The notes under the pieces were generated by a model that ran no database searches, was not told the origin of the DNA, and worked only from the letters and a program-made list of their open reading frames with translations. A stretch of DNA of 64,000 nt from contig CAXNJO010000011.1 in the NCBI GenBank assembly GCA_964202905.1, positions 107,804-171,803 on the forward strand, given 5' to 3'. The DNA comes from Polyangiales bacterium (lineage in GTDB: Bacteria; Myxococcota_A; Polyangia; Polyangiales; JADJQN01). Shown here piece by piece: positions 31,666 to 41,439 of this stretch (position 1 is its first letter; each line of letters begins with the position of its first letter). A program made the position numbers and the translations under genes.

Positions 31666-32559
31666 GTGCGCGAGGCCGACGAAGAGATCCGCGAGATCAA
31701 GCGAGAGATCATCGAGTCTCGCGGGCTCATCATCAAAACGAACAACCTCACCAACGCGCTCGCCGCGGACATCAAGTCCATCGGCAAACGCCAGGCGGGT
31801 TACGAGCGGCGCTTCAACTGGAACAGCGCCGTCGCCTATGTGCTCTTTGCGACGTTGTCGTTCGTCGGGCTGAAGCTCTGGTCGGACGTGCGCATTCGGG
31901 AGATCGAGGGCGAGACGCGTGAGCTGCAGCGCGAGGCCCGGGAACTCCGCCGCGATCTTACCGAGGAGACGCGCCGCGCCGAGGGACGCGAGCGCGCCGA
32001 GGGCAAGGCCGCGCAGTTCTACGACCTCATCCGGCAACAGAAGCGCGCGGAGGTCGTCGAGCGTTTCGAGCAGATCCGTGGCGAGCGCCTGTCGCGTGCC
32101 GAGGCCTCCTTCTTCCGCGACACGGTCGAACGTTTCCGGCTCGATCTCTCCGTCGCCGCCTACCAGAACGGCCTCGATCTGATGCGCACGGGCCGCTACG
32201 CGGAGGCCGCGGACGCGTTTCAGGAGTCCGTGCGCCTCAAGGAAGAGGCCGCGCACATCCCGGCCGTCAAGTACAACCTCGCGCGGACCCTCGCGCGGCT
32301 CGGACGGCAGGGCGAGGCGATGGTGCTCGCGCAGGCGGTCATCGACCAAAACGTCGACCGCGAACTCCAGGACGACGGCGCCTTCCTGCTCGCGCAGTGC
32401 GCCGAGGACCTCGGCAACATCGACGACGCCCGCAACGCGCTCCGGATGATCGGCCGTCGCTGGCCGCGCTCGCAGCTCGCGCTCGATGCGCGCCGGCACC
32501 TCGGCGACCTCAACCTCCGGGTGCTGCGCGGTCAGGTGCAGGCGCCGGGCGGCGGCTGA
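31666..32559 (+). CDS. Single-TM coiled-coil/TPR protein (CpoB/BamD-like C-terminus)
   Basis: N-terminal coiled coil, TM (SAVAYVLFATLSFVGL), second coiled coil, TPRs ending RRWPRSQLA. Confidence 0.8.
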   Translation: MREADEEIREIKREIIESRGLIIKTNNLTNALAADIKSIGKRQAGYERRFNWNSAVAYVLFATLSFVGLKLWSDVRIREIEGETRELQREARELRRDLTEETRRAEGRERAEGKAAQFYDLIRQQKRAEVVERFEQIRGERLSRAEASFFRDTVERFRLDLSVAAYQNGLDLMRTGRYAEAADAFQESVRLKEEAAHIPAVKYNLARTLARLGRQGEAMVLAQAVIDQNVDRELQDDGAFLLAQCAEDLGNIDDARNALRMIGRRWPRSQLALDARRHLGDLNLRVLRGQVQAPGGG

Positions 32560-32660
32560 GAGGCGCGCATCGGGGTTGACGGCGCGGCAGGTTTGCGGCT
32601 CTCATGACGCCTCCGGCGCGTACGTGCGTCGGTGCCGGGGGGGAGAACGGACGAAGCCGG

Positions 32661-33581
32661 ATGTCGAGACCGCGGATCGCGTTCGTGGGGTCGGGTGGAG
32701 CGACGAAAGGCATCGCGCATCTCGGCGTGCTCAAGGCGATGGAGGAGCTCGGGCTCGAGGCCGATGTGTTCGTCGGCGCGTCGGCTGGCGCCATCGCCGC
32801 TGCGTTCTTCGCGCAGGGATCCACGGCCGACGAGATGGTCGACTGGATGCGGCCCTTCTGGGAGCGACGTGCGCCGTCCGGGGCCTTGAAGGGGCGTTAT
32901 TTCCTCGGCGCCCCGAACCGCGAGCAGTTGCGCAGCCCCGGCTACCTCGCGAGCGGTCTGCTCTCGATCGACCGCTTCGAGCGCTTCCTCGCCGAGCGTC
33001 TCCCGACGAACGATTTCCGCAAACTCGCGCGAACGCTGCTCGTCACCGCGGCCGACGTCGACGGCCGCGGGCGCATGGTGTTCGGGCGCGGTCACGACGA
33101 GGCGACGCCGATCTCGCAGGCTGTCGCCGCGTCCTCGTGCGTCCCCGTTCTCTTCCGGCCGTATCGCATCGGAGACCGGTACTACATCGATGGCGAGGTC
33201 GTCCGGACGCTGAGCCTCGATCTCGCGGTCGAGGCGGGGGCCGACGTCGTCATCATCTCGAACGTGTACCGGCCGCACGTCGCGCGGGAGACGGAGGTGT
33301 CGCTCGCGCGCCGCGGCGTCGCGGCCGTCGGGCGCCAGGCGCTCAACATCATCCTCAGCGAGAAGGAGAAGCGGGGCATCGATCTCGTGCACCGCCTCTA
33401 CCCGCACGTGACGCTCCTCAACGTGAGCGCGGACCTCGGGAACTTCTCCTTCTTGAACCGGCGCGAGTCGCGACCTCTGCTCGCCCGCGGCTACCGCGAG
33501 GCGCTCAAGGTGCTCGCGGCGGCGAAGCAGCGCGGCACCTTCGACGTCCGCTCGAACGTGAAGAACGTCGGGACGGCCTGA
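32661..33581 (+). CDS. Patatin-like phospholipase
   Basis: SGGATKGIAHLGVL, GASAG nucleophile motif, ASSCVP.LF.P, YIDGE. Confidence 0.92.
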   Translation: MSRPRIAFVGSGGATKGIAHLGVLKAMEELGLEADVFVGASAGAIAAAFFAQGSTADEMVDWMRPFWERRAPSGALKGRYFLGAPNREQLRSPGYLASGLLSIDRFERFLAERLPTNDFRKLARTLLVTAADVDGRGRMVFGRGHDEATPISQAVAASSCVPVLFRPYRIGDRYYIDGEVVRTLSLDLAVEAGADVVIISNVYRPHVARETEVSLARRGVAAVGRQALNIILSEKEKRGIDLVHRLYPHVTLLNVSADLGNFSFLNRRESRPLLARGYREALKVLAAAKQRGTFDVRSNVKNVGTA

Positions 33582-33603
33582 CGTCCGTGTGGCCCGGCGA
33601 GGC

Positions 33604-33939
33604 TCACGGAGCGGGGCGCGGTTCCGTCTCGCTCGCGATCCACGCGAGGTAGTCTGCACCACCGCCGGCGGTCCGAATCGCAATGATTTCAGGTACATCG
33701 TAGGGGTGGAGTGCGCGAATCACGCGCTCGGTCTCCGCGAGCCGCGAGGCGCGCGATTTGATGATGAGCTGCACCTCGCGGGCCTCCTCGATCACCCCCT
33801 GCCAGCGGTAGAGGGAGTGCACGCCCGGGATGAGGTTGACGCAGGCCGCGCAGCGCGCGTCGAGCAGGGCGCGGGCGAGTCGGGAGGCGGTGGCGTCGTC
33901 GGGCGCGGTGCAGAGGACGAGGATCGCGTGGTCGCTCAT
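33604..33939 (-). CDS. cutA: Divalent-cation tolerance protein CutA
   Basis: AACVNLIPG..SLYRWQG, HPYDVPEII, YLAWI. Confidence 0.95.
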   Translation of the reverse strand: MSDHAILVLCTAPDDATASRLARALLDARCAACVNLIPGVHSLYRWQGVIEEAREVQLIIKSRASRLAETERVIRALHPYDVPEIIAIRTAGGGADYLAWIASETEPRPAP

Positions 33940-33992
33940 GCGCGCAGGGTAGCGCCGTGCGCGCGCCCGCGGTCTCGTCGGGCGGGGGGCGG

Positions 33993-34649
33993 TCAGAGTC
34001 CGACGATGCGTGCGTCCGGGCCGAGGCGCACCACGAGCTCGGCGACGCCGAGCCGCACGAAGAGGAGATCGTTGAGCCGGCGGTTTCCCGGCCCGCCGCG
34101 GACGGGGATACTCACGAGCAGGTCGTCGGGCCGGTAGCGGGGGGCGCCGCGTCTCGGGTCGCGCCGCGCCGAGAGCGGCGTGACCGTCGCGCCCGGGACA
34201 TCGAAGAGCTCGTCGAGGTCGCGGCTGCGCGCGAGGCCGTCCGCCTCGGCGGCCCGTTGCAGGCCCGCGATGAGCGCAGCCCGCGCGATGACGCCGCCCG
34301 CGCGGCTCACGGGATCTGCGAGCAGGGCCTCGAGCGTGGTCGTGCTCCGATCGCGGAGCGCTTCGAGGAAGCGGAGGGTGAGGCGGCGGGCCTCGTCGTC
34401 GCGGCCGTGAACCGCGAGGCCGACCGGTGCGCCGGTGTGCGCGTGATCGCCGGGCGGTGGCGCGAAGGCGCGGGGATCGGCGTCGGTCGCGGGGGCCGCC
34501 TCGGTGGCCGGGGCGCGCGGGCCGATGGGGGCGGCGCCACAGGCGACCTCCGCGACGAGGAGCAACGAAAAGGCCCCCGCGCGCGCGGGGCCTGACGCCT
34601 CGCCAAACCTCGGTCGCATCCGTGTCCAGCGTGAGCGGTGGCGGGGCAT
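33993..34649 (-). CDS. Hypothetical protein, possible lipoprotein
   Basis: Hydrophobic stretch ending VAC; co-directional with cutA; alternative start at ATG 34619. Confidence 0.55.
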   Translation of the reverse strand: MPRHRSRWTRMRPRFGEASGPARAGAFSLLLVAEVACGAAPIGPRAPATEAAPATDADPRAFAPPPGDHAHTGAPVGLAVHGRDDEARRLTLRFLEALRDRSTTTLEALLADPVSRAGGVIARAALIAGLQRAAEADGLARSRDLDELFDVPGATVTPLSARRDPRRGAPRYRPDDLLVSIPVRGGPGNRRLNDLLFVRLGVAELVVRLGPDARIVGL

Positions 34650-34712
34650 CGCGGTCGGTGTGCTCCAGGCGACGGGGGCGGCGTGGCGATGACCGCGCGG
34701 GCGCCGCCGCGC

Positions 34713-34913
34713 TCAGCGGGTGGTCTGCGTTGGTGCGTCCGCGGGGGCCGCGGGGGCCGCGGCGAGGCGTGCCGCTTCGGCCAGCACGCGGCGCGTGCGC
34801 GCCTTCGTGCGACGTTGCGCGATGGCCTCGACGCCCCGCAGCGCCACGAGGCACAGTGCGGCGATGCTGAGCACGGCGATCGGGAAGCCGACGTCGATCC
34901 GCAGGAAGGACAT
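34713..34913 (-). CDS. Small single-TM protein (66 aa)
   Basis: MSFLRIDVGFPIAVLSIAALCLVALRG followed by a basic tail; genome-typical codons. Confidence 0.55.
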   Translation of the reverse strand: MSFLRIDVGFPIAVLSIAALCLVALRGVEAIAQRRTKARTRRVLAEAARLAAAPAAPADAPTQTTR

Positions 34914-37692
34914 GGGTTTGCGGCGGCTGGACGAAGCTATCACCCACGTCTCGGGCCGGCAACGCGTGGCGTGGGCGGCGCGAGTCGCCGCGGTCGCGGT
35001 GCTCGCCGCGCTCCTCGGGGGGCGTGGCGTCGCGGCGGCGGCCGAGCCCGTCGAGGTCCGCGTCCGCGCCCGCATCACCCGAGCGAGCGGCGTGATCGAC
35101 GGGGACCTGCAGGTCGCGGTGCGCGTCGCGGAAGGCGAGGACCACGTCACGCTGTGGGTCTACGCCGATCGCCTCGCCGTCGTGCCCGCGGCGCTCGACG
35201 AGCAGAGCTTCCGCGCGGTGTACCCCGGAGAGCGCGCGCGGGGCGGCGTCACGCTCCGCGAGGTGCGCGTCGGCGGGCGGGCGGCCGAGGCCCGGCGTCG
35301 TCGCGACGATCACGCGGCGGGGCGGGTGCGCGACACGTCCGGCGCGGTCTACGACGTGCCGGTGGAGCCAGGGCCGGCGCGGGTCCTCATGCTCGCGCTG
35401 CGGTTCCGCGTGAACGTCCCGCAGCGCTACGGGCGACTCGGGCGCGTCGACGGGCTGCTGTCGCTCGCCGGACCCTGGTACCCGCTCGTGGTCACCGACG
35501 CTGCATGGGACTTTCGCGTGCCGCAACATGTGGAAATAACTCTGGAAGATGGCGGAGATCTCGTCGCGGGAGAGGGCCCCGTCAGCCACGGGGGCGCGGT
35601 GCACGACGCCCTCGCGTCCTTCGTCCCGGTGCTCGCGGCGCCGCGCCTGCGCGAGGTGCATCGCGCCGTCCCGGAGCGGCGCGGGGGGGCGCCGTCTCTG
35701 GCGGGGACCGCGCTACGTGTCGTGATGCTCGCGCCGGACGCCGCGTCGGCGCCCGATCTGCGCGAGGTCGAGCGGTTCGTCTGCGACGACGACGCCATCG
35801 ACCGTGCGGCGCACGTGCTCGAGGAGGTCGCGATCACGCTGCGCGCGGCGGGGCTCCCGCTGTCGACGAGGCCGGTCACGGCGCTCGTCGTCCCCTCGCG
35901 CACCGAGCTCGCGGCGGTCGCACCGGGGGTGTTGCTCCTGTCGGATCGTTTCGGCGAGGTCGCGCCGATCGACGCGACGGGTCGATTTCACGAGCGCGCC
36001 GTCGCCCGCGCGCTGCTCCGCGCGCTCGTCACGCCGGCCTCGACACGCCTCGAACCGCCCGCGGACCGGCCCTTTGCGGACGACCTGCGGGCCGCGCTCC
36101 TCGCGGACCTCGACGAGGCGCGCCGTCACGGTCACGCGCTCACGGTGCAGGAGCTGCTCGGCTTTGCGGCCTTCCACCCGGTCGTCGATCAACTCCTCTA
36201 CGCGCCTCAGATCCCGTTCCCCGAGGTCTACTTCGGCGGCCTCGAGGAGCAGGAGCGCTTCCGCGACGACCCGATGCGCGCGTTCGCGCCGCGTGCGGGT
36301 GGAAGACGACTGCTCGAGTCGGCCCGCGACGCGCACGGCGCCGGCTTCGCGGCGGTCGCCTCGGCGCTCCTCGATGGACGCACGCCCGCACGCGAGGCGC
36401 TCGCGCGGGGGGCGGTCGAGGCCGGGCGTATCGACGCGTGGCTGGACGCGCCCTCGCGCCCGCGCAATTACCGGCTCGGCGCGGTGCGCTCGTCGCGGGA
36501 GGGCGCGGGGTACGTGCACCGCGTCGAGGTCGTTCGCGACGTGCCCCCGGGCGCCGCGCACCCCGTCGAGCCCGTCGAGGTGCAGCTCGCGGCGGTGAGC
36601 GGCGAGGTCGTCCACGGGCATTGGGATGGGCGCGGGGCGCGGGGCGTCGTGCTGCTTCGGACGCGCGGCGCGCTCGACGCGGTGATGCTCGATCCGCGTC
36701 AGCGACTCGCGCAGAGCCCCGCCCTCACGGACGGGCATCCCCGCGCCGACGACGCGACGTCCCAGCCGTTCCGACCGCCGATCCTCCAGGCGCTCGGCGC
36801 GACGTACTCCGCGGCCGAGCAGCGCCTCGACGGCGTCGTCGACTTCGCGCTCCGAAGGCGCTTCGACCTCGAGACGGGCTTCGCGCTGCGCCTCGACTCG
36901 GGGCCCGCCTCGACGGGCGGCGCCGTCCGCTATCTCCGAGGGGTCGGGCCGAAGCGCGACACGAACAGCCGGATCGGCGTGATCGCGCTCGGTCTCGAAC
37001 TCGAGCGCCTGCGCGCGGGCTTCGGCGATCGGCGCGTCGGCACGGCCGAACGCGGCGACCGGGCGGGCTGGGCGGGCGCGCTGCTCGTGGCGGGCGGCTT
37101 CGACACGCGCACCTATCGGCTCGATCCGCGGCACGGGGGCGCGCTCGGCGTGACGGTGCGCGTCGGCGGCGTGGCGCGCGACGATGGAACCCTGAGCGCC
37201 TCGGTCGCCGCGGCGGCGCGCGGCGCGATCATGCTGCCCATGGGCACGCGCAACGCGTTGCTGCTCGCGGCTGGGGCGGGCCTCACCCTCGGTCGGCCGC
37301 TGCCGGGCGAGTTGCAGTCGCTCGGGGGGCTCGGCGCCCTCCGCGGCCTCCGCTCCGATGCGCTTCTCGGAACCGGCCGCGCGTACGCGGTCGCCGAATA
37401 CCGGGCGACGCTGCTCGCCGATCTGGGGTGGAGCCTCGCGGGGGTGGTCTTCGTGCGCGAGATCCAGCTCGGGCTCTTCGCGGGCGCCGGTCTCGTCTTC
37501 GACGAGTGGCGCGCGGACGGGGGCGCGGGGAGGGCGGTGGCCCCGGCCGTCGACGCGGGGGGCGGGCTGCGGATCCACTTCCACTACGGTGGCGTCCAGC
37601 CCGGCGTGCTGGTGCTCGACCTCGCCGTGCCGCTCGTCGGCGGTCAGGGCCTCGGGCCCGCGCCGTACATCGCGTTCGACCAATACTACTGA
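34912..37692 (+). CDS. Exported protein: aminopeptidase(M1)-like N-terminal region fused to an Omp85/BamA-TamA-type beta-barrel
   Basis: Signal-like AVAVLAALLGGRGVAAA; WYP and LDPxxRL motifs; C-terminal amphipathic strands with SLGG..ALRG, AEYR, GGGLR, LDLAVPL and an aromatic C-terminus (YIAFDQYY). Start uncertain (ATG 34912 or GTG 34966). Confidence 0.7.
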   Translation: MGLRRLDEAITHVSGRQRVAWAARVAAVAVLAALLGGRGVAAAAEPVEVRVRARITRASGVIDGDLQVAVRVAEGEDHVTLWVYADRLAVVPAALDEQSFRAVYPGERARGGVTLREVRVGGRAAEARRRRDDHAAGRVRDTSGAVYDVPVEPGPARVLMLALRFRVNVPQRYGRLGRVDGLLSLAGPWYPLVVTDAAWDFRVPQHVEITLEDGGDLVAGEGPVSHGGAVHDALASFVPVLAAPRLREVHRAVPERRGGAPSLAGTALRVVMLAPDAASAPDLREVERFVCDDDAIDRAAHVLEEVAITLRAAGLPLSTRPVTALVVPSRTELAAVAPGVLLLSDRFGEVAPIDATGRFHERAVARALLRALVTPASTRLEPPADRPFADDLRAALLADLDEARRHGHALTVQELLGFAAFHPVVDQLLYAPQIPFPEVYFGGLEEQERFRDDPMRAFAPRAGGRRLLESARDAHGAGFAAVASALLDGRTPAREALARGAVEAGRIDAWLDAPSRPRNYRLGAVRSSREGAGYVHRVEVVRDVPPGAAHPVEPVEVQLAAVSGEVVHGHWDGRGARGVVLLRTRGALDAVMLDPRQRLAQSPALTDGHPRADDATSQPFRPPILQALGATYSAAEQRLDGVVDFALRRRFDLETGFALRLDSGPASTGGAVRYLRGVGPKRDTNSRIGVIALGLELERLRAGFGDRRVGTAERGDRAGWAGALLVAGGFDTRTYRLDPRHGGALGVTVRVGGVARDDGTLSASVAAAARGAIMLPMGTRNALLLAAGAGLTLGRPLPGELQSLGGLGALRGLRSDALLGTGRAYAVAEYRATLLADLGWSLAGVVFVREIQLGLFAGAGLVFDEWRADGGAGRAVAPAVDAGGGLRIHFHYGGVQPGVLVLDLAVPLVGGQGLGPAPYIAFDQYY

Positions 37693-37729
37693 CGGCTGCG
37701 CACACGCGCAGCGTGCGGGCGGATCGCGC

Positions 37730-38470
37730 TCAGGGCGCTTCGCACACCGAGGGGCGCTCGCTGCTGCACGACCGGTCGTCCCACTCGGTGGTGCGGCCGG
37801 ACGCCGTCATGATGACGCCGCAGTCCTCGCCGCCGCCGTCGTTCGGCTCCCCCTCGTCCCAGTGCGTGTAGCCGACGGGCGCGCCGTCGGCCCAGCGCCA
37901 GGTGCCCTCGGTCGTCGCGTCGTTGAGCCCGATCCACGTGTCGCCGAAGCCGCGCGCGCTCATCCCCGCATACACCTGCGCGTCCTCGGCGGCCGTGCCG
38001 ATCGCGGCGAGCGCGTAACCCACGCTCGCGCACGCGACCTGTGCGCCGACCCAGCTGCGGCGGGCGTCGCAGAAGAGATACGTGCGACCGCCGCGCACCT
38101 CGCGCGCGCAGGGGCAACCCGCGTCCTCGTCGATCTCGCCGTCGCAGTCGTCGTCCCGACCGTTGCAGCGCTCGCTCGCCGGGATGCACGCGCCCGCGCT
38201 GCCGGCGTCGCCCGTCACTCCGCCCGCGTCGGCCGCTCCGGCGTCTCGCAACCCCGCGTCGCGGGGTCCGCCGTCCGCGACCCGCGGCGCGCTGGCGTCG
38301 AGGGACACCTGGGGCAGCGCCTCCCCGCCGTCGCCCGAGTAGGGCGCAAAGCCGCCGTCCGCGGGCTCCCGAACGGTCTCGCCGCCCGTCCAGTCGGCGT
38401 CTGTCCCGCTGGCGCAGGCGGTCGAGATGAGGACCAGGGACCCCAGCAGGATGCGGACGACGTGGTGCAC
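37730..38470 (-). CDS. C-type lectin domain lipoprotein with a CNG.DDDCDG..DE Cys/Asp motif
   Basis: Lipobox STAC; ERCNGRDDDCDGEIDE; W..AQ..C, WIGLND, EGTWRW.DG, W..GEPND, EDC, WDD..C. Confidence 0.9.
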   Translation of the reverse strand: MHHVVRILLGSLVLISTACASGTDADWTGGETVREPADGGFAPYSGDGGEALPQVSLDASAPRVADGGPRDAGLRDAGAADAGGVTGDAGSAGACIPASERCNGRDDDCDGEIDEDAGCPCAREVRGGRTYLFCDARRSWVGAQVACASVGYALAAIGTAAEDAQVYAGMSARGFGDTWIGLNDATTEGTWRWADGAPVGYTHWDEGEPNDGGGEDCGVIMTASGRTTEWDDRSCSSERPSVCEAP

Positions 38471-38539
38471 GCCCCCGACTCAGCAAAGAACAGACCAGCT
38501 GCGGCCGGCTGTCCCCGGCCCTCCGCGGGCGTGGGCCGT

Positions 38540-39433
<894 letters not shown>

Positions 39434-39543
39434 GCGCCCCGAGGGTCGCACCCGTCGCGCGCCGCACCAAGAAAGGGACCCGTGCGCGTCCGTCAACGGC
39501 CTCGACTCGCGGCGCTCCGCAGCGGCGGCTACCTCCGACCGAG

Positions 39544-39860
39544 GTGGCCTCCGCACCGAGCCCCGATGCTCCCCCGACTCCCGCCACCGCGGCCGCCGCT
39601 GCGCGGCATCACTTGGAACACGAGCGCCGTTCGGCGTTGATCGCGGATCCGGCGAAGGCGCTCGAGGTGCTCGCGCGCGGGAAACTCGGCGTCGACCCGC
39701 ACGAACTCGCCTCGCCCTGGGGTGCGGCGATCGTCTCGTTCTTCGCGTTCGCCACGGGCGCCGTACTCCCGCTCGTGCCGCTGTTCGTGCTGCCGCCCGC
39801 GACGGCGGTGCCGGGCGCGGCGACCTTCGGGATCGGGCGGCTGCTCGGCGTCGCCACACC
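39544..39860 (+). pseudogene. Internally deleted VIT1/CCC1 (iron/manganese transporter) family remnant
   Basis: ALEVLARGKLGVDPHELASPWGAAIVSFFAFATGAVLPLVP and the terminal AATFGIGRLLGV resemble VIT1 segments. The N-terminal TM block and intervening helices are missing, and the frame reads on into icd. Confidence 0.7.
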
Positions 39861-39863
39861 CCG

Positions 39864-39883
39864 AAGCACTTCGCGAAGTGCTT
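39864..39883. promoter_or_regulatory. Perfect 20-bp palindrome upstream of icd
   Basis: aagcacttcgcgaagtgctt is its own reverse complement. Confidence 0.6.
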
Positions 39884-39932
39884 GCGGAAATCCGGGGTTC
39901 GCGGTGCGACGAGATCGGCGCACCGAGTGCGG

Positions 39933-39959
39933 TTGCCTCCGTCCCATGCGTGGTATAAG
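39933..39959 (+). promoter_or_regulatory. Candidate extended -10 promoter for the icd operon
   Basis: TGGTATAAG (TGn-TATAAG) at 39951-39959, with TTGCCT at 39933-39938. Confidence 0.45.
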
Positions 39960-40027
39960 GCCGCCCGCCGACGGCGCCCTGGTCCGACTTCCGAGCCACG
40001 CGCGCGCCCGCCTCTGGAGGCTCCCCC

Positions 40028-41437
40028 ATGGCTCAGCCGCTCTTCGCAGGCCCTGCATCCGGTTCGCCCATCACGATGAACCCCGATGGGGCGCTCAACG
40101 TCCCCAACGACCCGATCATCCCCTTCATCGAGGGTGACGGCACCGGACGCGACATCTGGCGCTCGTCGGTGCGCGTCCTCGACGCGGCCGTCGCCAAGGC
40201 TTACGGCGGCACGCGGAAGATCCACTGGTGGGAGGTCTACGCCGGCGAGAAGGCCTTCCTCGAGTACAAGGCCTGGCTCCCCGACGAGACGGTCGAGGGC
40301 TTCCGCAAGTACCTCGTCGGCATCAAGGGCCCGCTGACGACGCCGATTGGCGGCGGCATCCGCTCTCTGAACGTCGCGCTCCGCCAGCTGCTCGACCTCT
40401 ACGTCTGCCTCCGCCCGGTGCGCTGGTTCAAGGGCGTCCCCTCGCCCGTGAAGTCGCCGGACAAGGTCGACATGGTGATCTTCCGGGAGAACACGGAAGA
40501 CATCTACGCGGGCATCGAGTGGGAGGCCGGCTCCGACGCCGCGAAGAAGGTCCTCGCGTTCGTGAAGGAGAACTTCCCGAAGGATTACGCGAAGATCCGC
40601 TTCCCCGAGTCCACGGGCATCGGCCTCAAGCCCGTCTCGCGCGAGGGCACGGAGCGCCTCGTGAAGGCCTCGATCGAGTACGCGCTCCGCTCGGGTCGCA
40701 AGAGCGTCACGCTCGTGCACAAGGGCAACATCATGAAGTTCACCGAGGGCGCCTTCCGCACGTGGGGTTACGACCTCGCGGCGACGGGCTTCCGCGCGGA
40801 CGTCGTGACCGAGCGCGAGACGTGGATCCTCGGCAACCAGGAGTCGGACCCGAGCCTCAGCGTCGAGGGCAACGCGCGCCTCGTCGAGCCCGGCTACGAC
40901 ATGCTCCCACCGAAGCAGAAGGAAGAGCTCCTCGCCGAGGTCACCGCCGCGCTCGCGCTCGCCCCCACGCACGGTGGTGGCCAGTGGCGCAAGAAGCTCC
41001 GCATCAAGGACAGCATCGCGGATATCACGCTCCAGCAGGTGCTCACGCGCCCCGCGGACTTCGAGGTCATCGCGACGCTCAACCTGAACGGAGACTACCT
41101 CAGCGACGCGCTCGCCGCGCAGGTGGGCGGCATCGGGATCGCGCCTGGCGGCAACATCAACTACCTCACGGGCCACGCGATCTTCGAGGCGACTCACGGC
41201 ACCGCGCCGAAGTACGCCGACAAGGACCAGGTCAACCCGGGCAGCGTGATCCTGTCCGGCGAGATGATGCTGCGTCACCTCGGGTGGAACGAGGCGGCGG
41301 ACCTCATCATCCGCGGCATGGACGGCGCGATCGCGGCCAAGACCGTGACGTACGACTTCGCGCGGATGATGGACGGCGCGACGCAGGTGAAGTGCAGCGA
41401 GTTCGGCGACGCGGTCATCCAGCACATGGGAGCGTGA
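40028..41437 (+). CDS. icd: NADP-dependent isocitrate dehydrogenase (dimeric type, with insertion)
   Basis: [75 protein letters not shown]. Confidence 0.98.
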   Translation: MAQPLFAGPASGSPITMNPDGALNVPNDPIIPFIEGDGTGRDIWRSSVRVLDAAVAKAYGGTRKIHWWEVYAGEKAFLEYKAWLPDETVEGFRKYLVGIKGPLTTPIGGGIRSLNVALRQLLDLYVCLRPVRWFKGVPSPVKSPDKVDMVIFRENTEDIYAGIEWEAGSDAAKKVLAFVKENFPKDYAKIRFPESTGIGLKPVSREGTERLVKASIEYALRSGRKSVTLVHKGNIMKFTEGAFRTWGYDLAATGFRADVVTERETWILGNQESDPSLSVEGNARLVEPGYDMLPPKQKEELLAEVTAALALAPTHGGGQWRKKLRIKDSIADITLQQVLTRPADFEVIATLNLNGDYLSDALAAQVGGIGIAPGGNINYLTGHAIFEATHGTAPKYADKDQVNPGSVILSGEMMLRHLGWNEAADLIIRGMDGAIAAKTVTYDFARMMDGATQVKCSEFGDAVIQHMGA

Positions 41438-41439
41438 AC

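Noticed and set aside
32661..37692. Patatin plus Omp85 barrel as a split type Vd (PlpD-like) system
   Set aside because: The patatin has no signal peptide and is separated from the barrel gene by three opposite-strand ORFs.
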